From the NCBI GenBank assembly GCA_965227775.1, contig OZ245777.1:128001-192000 (forward strand): DNA of 64,000 nucleotides, written 5' to 3'. This stretch comes from Phycisphaerales bacterium (GTDB taxonomy: Bacteria; Planctomycetota; Phycisphaerae; Phycisphaerales; UBA1924). Below are positions 10,350 to 20,167 of the stretch, one piece after another. Positions within the stretch are counted from its first letter, which is position 1, and each line of letters starts with the position of its first letter. The notes under the pieces were generated by a model. That model was not told where the DNA came from, did no database searches, and saw nothing but the letters and a program-made list of their open reading frames with translations. The translations under genes and the position numbers were made by a program.

Positions 10350-11771
10350 TCAGCGGCCGCGGCGACCATCGCGGTCGTCGAGGGCACGCTCGAGACGCTC
10401 CATGAGCCGTTCGATCATGGTCTCGGTCCGCTCTTCCATGCGATCGATGGCCCTGTCGAAAGTCTGCTCGAGGCGATCGAGCCGCTGCTCGAGCTCATCG
10501 ATGCGATCTTCCCACTCGTCTTCCATCTCGTCGGCTGGGAAGCGGAGGGCAAAGCCTTGGCCGCCATCACCCGGCTCGGCCCAGAAGCGACGCTCCTGGT
10601 TGCCGGCAAGGTCGCCACGGAGGCGCTCGACGGCCTCTTGCTGCATGCGGCGCATGTCCTCGATCTCAAGGCCAAACGCTTCGCCTTCCTTCATGGCGGC
10701 GATGGCCTGCTCGATGGCCTTGGACGCCTGCTTGTGCGCCTCGGCCGACTTGTGGTCGAGATCGCGCTCCATGCGAGCGAGCATCTCGGCGGCTTCCTTC
10801 ATCGCCTGCTCGGCGCGCTGCATGTGGGAGTGCTGCAGATCTCGATCGAGCTCGAGGGCTTGCCACTGGTTGTCGCCGGGAGGCGCCAGGCGACGAAGCT
10901 GGCCAACCCCACCCATGGCGGGCTCAGGGGCGCGGCCCAGGGCCTGCGCGTTGAACGCTTCGAGCTTCAGGTCGACCGTGACGGGGTGGCCCTTGCGGAT
11001 GACCTTCACCTTGACTTTCGTGCCAGGCTCGGCCTTGGCGAGCACCTTGCGGATGTCGTCTGCCGAACGGGGCTCGGCGTTCTGGCCGAAGCCGATGATG
11101 ATGTCCTTGGCCTGCAGTCCGGCCTTCTGGGCGGGCAGGCCCTCGACGACGCGTTCGAGCATGACGGCCTTCTTGGCGTCAAGGCCCAGGTGCTCGAGGA
11201 TCATCGCGTCGGGCTCGGCCATGACAACGCCCAGCATGACCTTCGGCTGTGCCTGGGGCGCGTCGGCGGTCTGGGCCTGTGCCCAGACGCCGCCGGTGTT
11301 GCCACGCAGGCGAACGTCGGCGGGAAGCGGCGCTACCGGCTCGACCGGACGCACCGCGACGCGGCCCACAAACGGGTTGCCGGCGTTGTGCTCGGGCATC
11401 TGGACCTCGATGGTGCGATGGCTTCCGGGCATGGTGATGACCACCACACCGTCCTTCATCTTGTAGTGGTCCTTGGAGATTTCCTTGCCGTCGAGCTTGA
11501 CGACGATGGGCTGGTTGTTGACACGGCGCACGGTGACGGCCTTGCCATCGACGGTGCGGTTGATCTCGACGACCGTGCGCACTTCCTGATAGGCGTCCTT
11601 CTTGTCGGCCTGCTGCTCACGGGGCGTGTCGACGATCACCTCGTATGCGCGCCCACTGCCGCCGCCGGTCTGGGCGAAGGCGGCGCCGGCCAGGATGGTG
11701 AGGGCGAGCGCGGGCGTGGCAAGGCCAGCCCTGACAATGCGATCGACCACGGTGTTGCTGCTGTGGATCAT
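10350..11771 (-). CDS. Secreted PDZ-domain protein with C-terminal coiled coil
   Basis: Signal peptide (AGAAFA); VMLGV...VVEGLPAQKAGLQAKDII PDZ signature; E/R-rich coiled coil; SD AGGAGG. Confidence 0.85.
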   Translation of the reverse strand: MIHSSNTVVDRIVRAGLATPALALTILAGAAFAQTGGGSGRAYEVIVDTPREQQADKKDAYQEVRTVVEINRTVDGKAVTVRRVNNQPIVVKLDGKEISKDHYKMKDGVVVITMPGSHRTIEVQMPEHNAGNPFVGRVAVRPVEPVAPLPADVRLRGNTGGVWAQAQTADAPQAQPKVMLGVVMAEPDAMILEHLGLDAKKAVMLERVVEGLPAQKAGLQAKDIIIGFGQNAEPRSADDIRKVLAKAEPGTKVKVKVIRKGHPVTVDLKLEAFNAQALGRAPEPAMGGVGQLRRLAPPGDNQWQALELDRDLQHSHMQRAEQAMKEAAEMLARMERDLDHKSAEAHKQASKAIEQAIAAMKEGEAFGLEIEDMRRMQQEAVERLRGDLAGNQERRFWAEPGDGGQGFALRFPADEMEDEWEDRIDELEQRLDRLEQTFDRAIDRMEERTETMIERLMERLERALDDRDGRRGR

Positions 11772-11942
11772 GGTGTGAACCTCCTATCCGCTGCGACGAT
11801 TCGTCGTGATCGGTCCCCGCCGAGCGGCGGTGCTTGGCCGATCCTTCAGATGTGGACGCGGGCCGGGGTGCGGCCCGTCGATCTGGAACTCGGTAAGCGG
11901 CCTTTTGACAGCCTGCTAGAGGCCTGACCGGGTTGCTTGGGA

Positions 11943-12731
11943 TCAGATGGGCCCCGACGAGGGGCGCCTGGTGCGATACGGAACGGTGCGATCGATGCCG
12001 GCGTCGTCTGGCTTGACCTGGTAGAGCTCGCCGTCTTCGACGATGGCCCGCTCGATGAGCTTTCGGACGTAGATGAGCTCGAGCCTTCCATCGGGAAGGG
12101 CGCGAACCTCGAGCAGCGTGCGCTCGGGCATCTCGGCGAGTTGCTCGGCGGCGGTGTTGCTCGGCCGCGACTGATCGGTCGAGACGTTGCGATATGGGCC
12201 CAGGGCCGAGTCGGGCAGCACCGGGTTGCCGCGCGCCAGGATGGACGTGGTGGGCCCCCGATCGGTCGGGTCGACGATCTCGAATGCCTTGGCTTGGTTC
12301 GAGCCGCCACTCAGGATGTTGTTGCCGGTCGGCTGGATGCCGGCAACCGTGGCTCCTTCGAGCGGAGTCGTGGAAACAGGCTGAGCGATGAAGTTGGGTG
12401 CTACCCAGACGACCGCCACGCTGGCGGCGATGGCCCAGCCGGCCCAGCTTGCGGCCTTCCGCACGCGGAAGCGGAAGCTGGCGGCGGGCATGTCTTCGAT
12501 CGGCGCGTCGATGCCGTCGGCGATGGCGATCGCCTGCTCAACAGCCTGGGCGAGTTCGGCCTGGGCGTGCTGGGCCTCGAACAGCTCGCGCCACACGCTG
12601 GGGTCGTACTCGGCGAGTGCCCGCAACTGCACCCAGTCTTGGGCCGAGGCCGCGTCATCGACGACGCGGCTGATCAGCAGGTCGCGGTCGACCGGCGCGG
12701 GATTCGGGTTGTCATACTCGGACTGGCTCAT
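11943..12731 (-). CDS. Putative transmembrane anti-sigma factor
   Basis: Directly downstream of and overlapping the ECF sigma gene (ATGA); N-terminal LISRVVD helix; single TM WAGWAIAASVAVVW. Confidence 0.65.
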   Translation of the reverse strand: MSQSEYDNPNPAPVDRDLLISRVVDDAASAQDWVQLRALAEYDPSVWRELFEAQHAQAELAQAVEQAIAIADGIDAPIEDMPAASFRFRVRKAASWAGWAIAASVAVVWVAPNFIAQPVSTTPLEGATVAGIQPTGNNILSGGSNQAKAFEIVDPTDRGPTTSILARGNPVLPDSALGPYRNVSTDQSRPSNTAAEQLAEMPERTLLEVRALPDGRLELIYVRKLIERAIVEDGELYQVKPDDAGIDRTVPYRTRRPSSGPI

Positions 12732-13396
12732 TCCTTCACGTCTCCGTTCGCCCCCGAATCACTGGATGCGCCGGTGTGGCCGGCCTTGCGGTCTCGCTCG
12801 ATGGCGACGCGTTCTCGGAGCATGCGCCGGCCCCGTGCGATGCGCGTCTCGATGGTGGTCTCGGGCAGGCCCGTCAGCTCGCTGATGGCCTTGTAGTTCA
12901 TGCCGCGGACGCAGCGGAGGACGAGCGGCTCGCGATAGCTCTCGGGAAGCTGGCCAATCAAGTCGAGCAGCCAGCGGGCCTCGTCGGCGTCGTCGGGCAC
13001 CATGGCGGTGCGGTCGGGCGTTTCGTCCCGCTGGAAGGTGCCCGGGTCGTTGGCGGCCTGGGTGTCGAGGGCGTTGCGGCGGCGGGTTTTCTTGCGGCCC
13101 TCGGCGCGAGCGGCGTTGATGGCCACCGTGCGCAGCCAGGGGCGGAGGGCGCCCGGCGTGCGCAGCTCTTGCACGCTGCGGACGAAGGTGGCGGCGATGT
13201 CCTGGAGCAGGTCGTCCAGGTCGGCCTCGCGGGGCATGTGGGCCAGGACGATGGCGGCGACCCAGCGGCGGTGGCTCTGCCAGAGCTGCTGGACGGCCTC
13301 GCTATTGCCAGCGGTGGCGCGCTCGACCAATTCGGGATCAACGCGGTATCGGTCGACCGACGCGGCGCTCCTGGCGTTGGACGTTTTGTGGCTCAT
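12728..13396 (-). CDS. ECF-type RNA polymerase sigma-70 factor
   Basis: DLDDLLQD, PWLRTVAINAAR (region 2); LPESYREPLVLR...YKAISELTGLPETTIETRIARGR (region 4). Confidence 0.92.
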   Translation of the reverse strand: MSHKTSNARSAASVDRYRVDPELVERATAGNSEAVQQLWQSHRRWVAAIVLAHMPREADLDDLLQDIAATFVRSVQELRTPGALRPWLRTVAINAARAEGRKKTRRRNALDTQAANDPGTFQRDETPDRTAMVPDDADEARWLLDLIGQLPESYREPLVLRCVRGMNYKAISELTGLPETTIETRIARGRRMLRERVAIERDRKAGHTGASSDSGANGDVKE

Positions 13397-13603
13397 TGGC
13401 AGCTGCGCCCCCCTCTGGCCGCGTCGGCGGCCCGTCCCGTGCTCGTCGAGATGCGCTGGTCCGGGGTGCCCGACAGCTTTCGCCGGCCGAGTGCAAATTC
13501 ACGATGGCCCTGTGGTCCGCCCATGCCGTTATACTTCGGATTCTCGGGCCGGCGGGTTCACGCGCCATACCTCTCAAGAACCAAACGGCAGGAATCGAAC
13601 GAC

Positions 13604-14665
13604 GTGCCATTGCCGCCCGCCCCACGCTCCAGACGGCCGCAGGACGACGTGCTGGCCATGCCGCTGGGCGACCACATCGAGGACCTGCGTCGGCGTCTGA
13701 TCGTCGCACTGCTCGGGCTCGCGCCCATCCTGCTGCTGTCGCTGATCTTCGGCCGGCAGATCATCGGTCTGATGCTGATCCCGCTCCGGGGCGCGCTGAC
13801 GGCGCGCGGCCTGCCGCCCGTGGTGCAGGTGACCGGCCCGATGGAGACGTTTGGCGCGTACCTGCGTGTGTCGATCGCCGTCGCGGTGCTCATCGGGCTG
13901 CCCTGGCTGTTGTTTCAGGCGTGGAAGTTCGCAGCGCCGGGGCTGTACGCCGCCGAGCGACGATTCGTGTACGTGCTGGCGCCGATGAGTGTGGGGCTGA
14001 CGCTGATCTCCATCGCGTTCCTCTACTTCGTGATGATGCCGATCGTGCTGGCGTTCTTCATCGGCTTTGGCCAGACGCTTGGCGGGCAGAATCCTGGGAC
14101 GGCCGAGCCGCCGTCGGGCATGGTGTTTCCGGAGATTCCCACGCTGCCCGGGGACCCGCCCGATCCGCAACCGGGGCAGATGTGGGTGAACACGCGCCTG
14201 CAGGAGCTACGCATCGCGATCGCGCGATTGCCACAGATCGAGGTGGCCAACCCTGACGAGGTCGTGCAGGATGGTGCGAAACCGCCAGAGGTCCGCATTC
14301 TCGGATCGCCCTTGGCGCTGACGGCGGGGCTGAGCCAGCAGTTCCGCGTGTCGGAATACATCAAGCTGATGTTCCAGCTCACGCTCGCGCTGGCGATCGC
14401 TTTCCAGACTCCCGTGGTCGTGCTGCTGTTGTGCTGGACGGGGCTGATCGATCCCAAGGCGATGGGCAAGCACCGCAAGTACGCGATCCTGATCGCCGCG
14501 GTGCTGGGCGCGGTGCTGACGCCTGCCGACCCGCTGTCGATGATCGCGCTGGCGGTGCCGTTGTATGCGCTCTACGAGCTGGGCCTCTTGATCGCGCGGG
14601 TGCTGCCGGCCGAGCGACTCGCTGGCACGGCTGGTGAGGGCGACGTGGACGACGAGACCACGTAG
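13604..14665 (+). CDS. tatC: Twin-arginine translocase subunit TatC
   Basis: MPLGDHIEDLRRRL, WKFAAPGLYAAER, AFQTPV, AVLTPADPLSM, LYELG; start uncertain (GTG 13604). Confidence 0.93.
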   Translation: MPLPPAPRSRRPQDDVLAMPLGDHIEDLRRRLIVALLGLAPILLLSLIFGRQIIGLMLIPLRGALTARGLPPVVQVTGPMETFGAYLRVSIAVAVLIGLPWLLFQAWKFAAPGLYAAERRFVYVLAPMSVGLTLISIAFLYFVMMPIVLAFFIGFGQTLGGQNPGTAEPPSGMVFPEIPTLPGDPPDPQPGQMWVNTRLQELRIAIARLPQIEVANPDEVVQDGAKPPEVRILGSPLALTAGLSQQFRVSEYIKLMFQLTLALAIAFQTPVVVLLLCWTGLIDPKAMGKHRKYAILIAAVLGAVLTPADPLSMIALAVPLYALYELGLLIARVLPAERLAGTAGEGDVDDETT

Positions 14666-15205
14666 ATGCTCGGGAGATTGTTCAAAAAACGCCACGAAAT
14701 GCAGGTGCCGCAGCCGCTGCCGGCCGAGCGTGCGACGGAGGCCGATCGCCTCATGATGGCGCGAGCGATCGAGCTTGCCAGAGAGGCCGCTGAGGCGGGC
14801 GAGGCACCCATCGGGGCGGTGGTATACGAGACTTCGAGCGGCCGAACCATCGCCGAGGCGCGGAACACGCGCGAGTCGGATGCCGATCCGTGCGGGCACG
14901 CGGAGTTGCTCGCGGTGCGCGAGGCGGCGTCGGCGCTCGGTGACTGGCGGTTGAGTGGATGCACCGTGGTCGTGACGCTGGAGCCCTGCTGCATGTGTGC
15001 TGGGGCGCTCGTGAATGCGCGGGTCGCGAGGGTTGTGTTTGGCGCGTTCGACCCGAAGGCGGGCGCGGCCGGTAGCCTGATGAACCTGCTTGCCGATCAG
15101 CGGCTGAACCACAGGCCCGAGGTCATCGGCGGCGTCGAGGCGGACGCGTGCGGTGCGCTGCTTCGCGAGTTCTTCAGGAGCCTTCGCGCACGGAAACGCC
15201 CTTGA
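14666..15205 (+). CDS. tadA: tRNA adenosine(34) deaminase
   Basis: GEAPIGAVV, HAE, TLEPCCMCAGA, FDPKAGA, LNHR. Confidence 0.92.
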   Translation: MLGRLFKKRHEMQVPQPLPAERATEADRLMMARAIELAREAAEAGEAPIGAVVYETSSGRTIAEARNTRESDADPCGHAELLAVREAASALGDWRLSGCTVVVTLEPCCMCAGALVNARVARVVFGAFDPKAGAAGSLMNLLADQRLNHRPEVIGGVEADACGALLREFFRSLRARKRP

Positions 15206-15680
15206 CGTTCTCGATCTCGTCGAGCAGGCCCTCGCAGGCGGCGAGCAGCATGTCGAAGACTTGGTCGAATCCGTCGTCGCCGCCGTAGTAGGGGTCCGGC
15301 ACGTCCGGGGCCTGGCCATCGCGGTAGGCGGGGTCGTAGGACCGCATGAGGCGGAGGCGGTCCCTCGGCGCACCAAGCTCGAGCAGGTTCTGCACGTTGC
15401 TGGCGTCCATGGCGATGATGTGCGTGAATGCCTCGAAGTCTTCGGCGGGGCGGACCTTGCGCGCGCGGCTGGGCAGGTGCACGCCGCGGGCCTTGGCAAC
15501 TGCGAGCGCCCGGCGGTCGGGGCCTTCGCCCTCGTGCCAGCCGCCGGTGCCGCACGAGTCGACGACCAGCCCGTCGACGCCGCGTTGCTGGGCGAGATGC
15601 AGAAAGATGCCTTCTGCCAGCGGGCTGCGGCAGATGTTCCCGAGGCACACGAAGAGGATGGAGGGTGCGGCTTCGCTCAT
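15174..15680 (-). CDS. Low-molecular-weight protein tyrosine phosphatase
   Basis: FVCLGNICRSPLAE P-loop and DVPDPYYG. Confidence 0.95.
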   Translation of the reverse strand: MSEAAPSILFVCLGNICRSPLAEGIFLHLAQQRGVDGLVVDSCGTGGWHEGEGPDRRALAVAKARGVHLPSRARKVRPAEDFEAFTHIIAMDASNVQNLLELGAPRDRLRLMRSYDPAYRDGQAPDVPDPYYGGDDGFDQVFDMLLAACEGLLDEIENVKGVSVREGS

Positions 15681-15689
15681 GGGGCGAGG

Positions 15690-16901
15690 CTAGGACTGCA
15701 GGCCGCGCACGTCGGCCCACTTGTCGATCGCGTCGAGGTGGAACCCGGTCGTGTCGCGGGTGGTCCAGTGCTTGTCGACGGTTTCGAGGGCGGCGTCGGG
15801 GTCGGCCAGCGCGGCGTCGGTCATCAGGCCGAGGCGTTCGAGCGTGGCGATCGCGGTTCGCGCGTCGAAGTGGCTGGCGATCTTGAAGCGTTCTTCGAGG
15901 TAGTTCGACGCTCGCGAGCCGAGCTGCTCGAGCGGCCAGCGGTCGGGCTCGTCTTCGTCGTGGCGCGCGGCGAGCATGGCGTAGGCGATGATGGCGGCTT
16001 TGGCCTCTTCGTGGGCGATCATGCGGCAGAGCGTGTGCAGCACGGCGGCGTTGTTGGCGAGGTTCTTGTCGTAGAGATGCTCGGTTCGGTGGCTGGTGCG
16101 TTGCTTCTTCTTGCGCTTGTAGCCGAAGAAGCTGCGAACGGCCATGCCTCCGAAGCCGATGGCGGCGGGGATGGCCAGCGCACTGGTGCTTGCCGCCCCC
16201 ACCACCGCCACCTTGGCCAGCGAGCCGAGCGAGCCGGCGCCAAGGCCGACCACGAGCGCACGATCGAGCACGGTCATGGTGGCCTCGGCGTGCGGCAGCA
16301 GCGCTTCGACGTCCGCAACGGGAATGTCTCGGAAGAGCTTGAGCCGCAGGCACTCCTCGCCCGTGAGTTGGGCGACAACGGCGAGGCGGGTGTAGATCTC
16401 GACCTCACGCTCGATGCGTTTCCACGGCTTCTTCTTGTCTCGGCGGACGAGCACGAGCGTGCCGCGACCACGCACGTGTAGCGCGAGCGCGCGGACGCGT
16501 TCGGGCTTGATGCGCACGCGCAGGCCGTAGGCGCTGCCGGCGCGGATGGCGGCCTCGATGCCCACGTCGGTGAGCGGGGTGAAGTTGGCGCGATCGAAGA
16601 GGTAATCGAGGGCGGCATGCAGGCGTGGGTCGCCGAAGTGCGCCTGCGGGTTGGGCTCGGCCAGGGCGTCAAGGTCCGGGTTGGCCGCGGCGTAGAGGCG
16701 GTCGAGGTGGCGGTGCAGCTCTCCCACTTCCTGGGCGATGACGCGCTCGGTGGCCTTGCAGATCTTCTGTGCCCAGCCGGCCAGCTCACCAAAGCGCTCC
16801 GGGTCGGCATCGATCGCGTCGACGATGGCCTCGATGCGGATGGGGATGAACCGATCGCCGAGTTCTGCGGGGTTTACGGGATTGCTGGGCGCTTTGGCCA
16901 T
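15690..16901 (-). CDS. DUF3754 / TMEM143-like protein
   Basis: DRFIP, LKLFRDIPVADVEALLP, LYDKNLANNAAVL, EEAKAA; start MAKAPS placed using upstream TACGTT box. Confidence 0.75.
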   Translation of the reverse strand: MAKAPSNPVNPAELGDRFIPIRIEAIVDAIDADPERFGELAGWAQKICKATERVIAQEVGELHRHLDRLYAAANPDLDALAEPNPQAHFGDPRLHAALDYLFDRANFTPLTDVGIEAAIRAGSAYGLRVRIKPERVRALALHVRGRGTLVLVRRDKKKPWKRIEREVEIYTRLAVVAQLTGEECLRLKLFRDIPVADVEALLPHAEATMTVLDRALVVGLGAGSLGSLAKVAVVGAASTSALAIPAAIGFGGMAVRSFFGYKRKKKQRTSHRTEHLYDKNLANNAAVLHTLCRMIAHEEAKAAIIAYAMLAARHDEDEPDRWPLEQLGSRASNYLEERFKIASHFDARTAIATLERLGLMTDAALADPDAALETVDKHWTTRDTTGFHLDAIDKWADVRGLQS

Positions 16902-16951
16902 CGGGGGAACGTAGACAGGAGCGGCCCATCCGGACGCGGGTACCATCTCGT

Positions 16952-17407
16952 ATGGCACGCACGATCTCGGCTCTCAGTCTCATGTTCCTGACGCTCGCTC
17001 TGGCCCTGGGGCTGCCGGCTTGCGGCGAGACTTCGACCCCGGCCGCGTCGATTGGCTCGGCCCAGTCGGTTGTGTCGCTGGCCGAAGGGCGGTCGCTGTA
17101 CCAGACGCATTGCATGATGTGCCATCAGCCGCAGGGCGAGGGCGTGCGGGGCATGCAGCCGGCGTTAGCGGGTAACGCGGCCGTCGAGGGCGACGTGGGT
17201 TACCTAGTCGAGGTCACCGTGCTGGGCCAGGGCGACCACGACGGAGCGCTGGCGGCGAGCGGTGACTATCGCCAGCAGATGCTCGGATTTGAGTATCTCA
17301 GCGACGCGGAGATCGCGGCGATCCTGACGTTCATCCGCAAGTCTTGGGGCAACAACGCCAGCGCTGTGAGCGAGGATGAGGTCTGGGACATCCGCCAAGA
17401 ACTCTGA
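16952..17407 (+). CDS. Cytochrome c lipoprotein (class I monoheme)
   Basis: Lipobox LPAC; CMMCH heme motif; distal Met (QM); IAAILTFIRKSWGN. Confidence 0.9.
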   Translation: MARTISALSLMFLTLALALGLPACGETSTPAASIGSAQSVVSLAEGRSLYQTHCMMCHQPQGEGVRGMQPALAGNAAVEGDVGYLVEVTVLGQGDHDGALAASGDYRQQMLGFEYLSDAEIAAILTFIRKSWGNNASAVSEDEVWDIRQEL

Positions 17408-17531
17408 CGGACCAAATTTTTGCGGCTCACATCGTCGATTTTGGCTTGCATTCTCAACGCGTTTGCATCACAATGACATGGACTGAGGTCTGTGCTCGGT
17501 GTTAAGTTAGTCAACTCGCGGAGATTAAGAA

Positions 17532-18422
17532 ATGTACAACAAGACTCGCTCGTTTGTGGTCGCCCTGGTGGCCCTCGCAGGCTCGACCGCATGCGCCCAA
17601 GAGCGAGTGCTCGTGCTATCGAGTGGGCAGGCGATCACCGATGACTCGGTGGTCCTGGCTCTGGAAGCCGTTGGGCACGAGGCAACGCTGGGGCCCCAGT
17701 ACTTTGAGTTCGACGGTAGCGACATCGATCAGTACACCGTGATCTACCTCCAGCCCAATCACAACTGGGCCTCGGGAGACATGCCAGGCTCAGGGCAGGC
17801 CAGCCTCATCGACTTCGTATGCAAGGGCGGCGGACTATTGACGACCGAATGGACCAGCTACAACGTCTACATCCGTGGGACGTTCCAAGCGCTTGGTCTG
17901 ATCATCCCAAGCGACTACACCGAGTGGAATACTCTAACCGAAGCAACATTCACGCTCGACACGCCGGATCCGGTCATCAACGCGGGCCTGCCCGACCAAT
18001 TCACGTTTCCGCTGACAAGCGTGGCGGGCACAGAGTCGAACATCTCGCCGAGGGATGGTGCTACGAGCTTCTACACGACCTCGTCTTTCCCCGGCGGCTC
18101 AGGCGTCGTCGGTTGGGACTGGGGCCTCGGACGCGTCGCAAGTTTCTCCACCGTGAATGGCACGCTGCAAGTTGGTGACGAGAACTTCCGCCGACTGATC
18201 GGCAACTTGGCAATCTGGGCCGGCGATGCCAGCCCAGGCGGCGGCTTGCCGTGCCCGGCCGACTGCGATGGTGACGGCACAACCACCATCTTCGACTTCC
18301 TGTGCTTCCAGAATCGCTTCTCGATGGGCGATACCGAAGCCGACTGCGACTGCTCGGGGGAGTTAAACCTGTTCGACTTCCTCTGCTTCCAGAACCTGTT
18401 CGACTTGGGCTGCGACGGGTAA
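17532..18422 (+). CDS. Secreted protein, GATase/ThuA-like alpha-beta domain plus GC-type dockerin
   Basis: Signal peptide; LIDFVCKGGGLL, GLGRV motifs; C-terminal CPADCDGDGTTTIFDFLCFQNRF...DFLCFQNLFDLGC. Confidence 0.8.
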   Translation: MYNKTRSFVVALVALAGSTACAQERVLVLSSGQAITDDSVVLALEAVGHEATLGPQYFEFDGSDIDQYTVIYLQPNHNWASGDMPGSGQASLIDFVCKGGGLLTTEWTSYNVYIRGTFQALGLIIPSDYTEWNTLTEATFTLDTPDPVINAGLPDQFTFPLTSVAGTESNISPRDGATSFYTTSSFPGGSGVVGWDWGLGRVASFSTVNGTLQVGDENFRRLIGNLAIWAGDASPGGGLPCPADCDGDGTTTIFDFLCFQNRFSMGDTEADCDCSGELNLFDFLCFQNLFDLGCDG

Positions 18423-18425
18423 GCT

Positions 18426-19274
18426 CTACGCGAGAGGCTTGTTCGAACCTACGCCCGCCAGGTCATCGTGCATGGTGATCAGGCGGGCTGTGTCATTGTC
18501 GGGCGGGCGGGTGTTGCCGAATTCGTCGACGAGCTCGCACACCGCGTAGCCCTTGCACGCTTGCTCGTAGTTGCGAAGCCACGCGTTTACTGGTTCGGTT
18601 GCCTCGGCGAGCTTCTCGAAGGTCAGCTTGGGTGTGCCGCGGATGCCGATACGCCAGGGCTTTGGGCTCAGGCGCGCGCGGAAGCTCTGCTGGGCGCGGC
18701 AAAGTCGCGCGTAGAGCGGATCTGCGCCCAGTTGCTGCATGAGGCGGTGGGTGTCGTCGCCATCGGGGGCCATGCCCGGGCTGGTGAGCAAGTAGCGCAG
18801 GCCGGCGGCGGTGCGGTAGACGCGGGCGCCATAGCGTGCGTCTTGCCGGGCCCAGTGGCGGAGGCGCTCCAGGGGCTCCTCGGCAGGATCGGCCGCCTGC
18901 AGCTTTCGACCGAACAGCTTGCCCAGAATGCCACCGCCGCTGTCGGGCTTTGTGTCGAGGTCGACGTCGACGAAGACCAGCCGGGACGTGTTGAGTACGT
19001 TGGCGCCGTATCGGTTGATGGTGACGGCTGCGATGCGATCGCCCGCGGTGTTGCGGAGGTCCTGCACGATGGGCTCGGGGAAGTCGCGCTGCTGGTAGGC
19101 GTACTGGTGGATGACCTCGCCGTCGGATTCGATTTCCTCGGCGAGCAGCCGCTGGGCCTTTTCCTCGGCACGCTGGCGTGCATCTTCGAGGCTCGTCTCG
19201 GATGAGGCCCACGCGCCACGGCCGTAGACGTCGCGTTCGGCTTGCGCCCTTGCCCAGAATCGCGCGACTCTCAT
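18426..19274 (-). CDS. Conserved hypothetical protein (possible AEP-like fold)
   Basis: Coherent 282-aa ORF with NRYGANVLN, VFVDVD, RVYRTAAGLR, DPLYARLC, FRARLSPKPWR. Confidence 0.75.
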   Translation of the reverse strand: MRVARFWARAQAERDVYGRGAWASSETSLEDARQRAEEKAQRLLAEEIESDGEVIHQYAYQQRDFPEPIVQDLRNTAGDRIAAVTINRYGANVLNTSRLVFVDVDLDTKPDSGGGILGKLFGRKLQAADPAEEPLERLRHWARQDARYGARVYRTAAGLRYLLTSPGMAPDGDDTHRLMQQLGADPLYARLCRAQQSFRARLSPKPWRIGIRGTPKLTFEKLAEATEPVNAWLRNYEQACKGYAVCELVDEFGNTRPPDNDTARLITMHDDLAGVGSNKPLA

Positions 19275-19327
19275 GTGACCCCCAGGAACTGATGGCCGGC
19301 GAACTCGATCGGGGGTAGCCTAGAGGC

Positions 19328-20086
19328 ATGGGGGTGGTCGAGTCTGTCATCGTGTTGCTTGGCATGCTTGCCGGCCAGGTCGGCGATCCGCAGGATCAGT
19401 CCGCACCCGCCGAAGCTGATGAGCGAGCGGGGGCGGCCGAGCAGCCGCTTGTGCCGTTCCCGCACCCGCTGATTACCGAGGTGCTCTTCGCGGTTCCGCC
19501 GAGCGGCGGGGACGCGAACGGCGATGGCGAGCGGCACGCGACGGGCGACGAGTTCATCGAGATTACCAACCCGCACGACGAGGCGATCAGCATCGCGGGC
19601 TACAGGCTCGTCGATCGCCATCGCGGCCAGGACGGTCGCTTCGCGTTCACGTTCCCGGATTGCATGCTCGAGCCGGGGCAGACTGTTGTTGTGTTCAATG
19701 GGCTCAACGCGAGGTGGACCGGCCCTGTGGGCGATACGCACCGAGCGCCGCCGGGCCCGAACCCGCTCTTCGAGGGCGCTTTCGTGTTCACGGCGGGTGT
19801 GACGTCGCGATACCTGGCGTTCAACAACTCGGCCGATTTCGTGCTGCTGGAGAACGCGCTGCGCGTGCCGGTGCACGTCGTGGTCTGGGGCAGTCCGGAT
19901 CAGGCCCCACCCACCGACGCGTACCACACGGACACGATCACCGGCGTGCCGCGGGCGAGCGTGCAGCGAATGGGCGCGACCGAGGCCATGGTCGCCCACG
20001 ACCGCATCAATGGCAAGACGTGCAGCCCCGGCGTGGCGTTCCCCAAGCCGCCATCGGTGGAGACCGAGCCGGTGGAATCACCCTAA
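19328..20086 (+). CDS. Secreted lamin-tail-domain protein
   Basis: LITEVL, DANGDG...DEFIEITN, FTFP, NNSADFV, CSPG motifs. Confidence 0.8.
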   Translation: MGVVESVIVLLGMLAGQVGDPQDQSAPAEADERAGAAEQPLVPFPHPLITEVLFAVPPSGGDANGDGERHATGDEFIEITNPHDEAISIAGYRLVDRHRGQDGRFAFTFPDCMLEPGQTVVVFNGLNARWTGPVGDTHRAPPGPNPLFEGAFVFTAGVTSRYLAFNNSADFVLLENALRVPVHVVVWGSPDQAPPTDAYHTDTITGVPRASVQRMGATEAMVAHDRINGKTCSPGVAFPKPPSVETEPVESP

Positions 20087-20167
20087 GGAGCTCGGCCCGG
20101 TCCGGGGTCGTGCGCGCTACCATCGAGCCGTTTCGGCCAGCGAGTGATTTCTTCGGAGCAGCGACCC

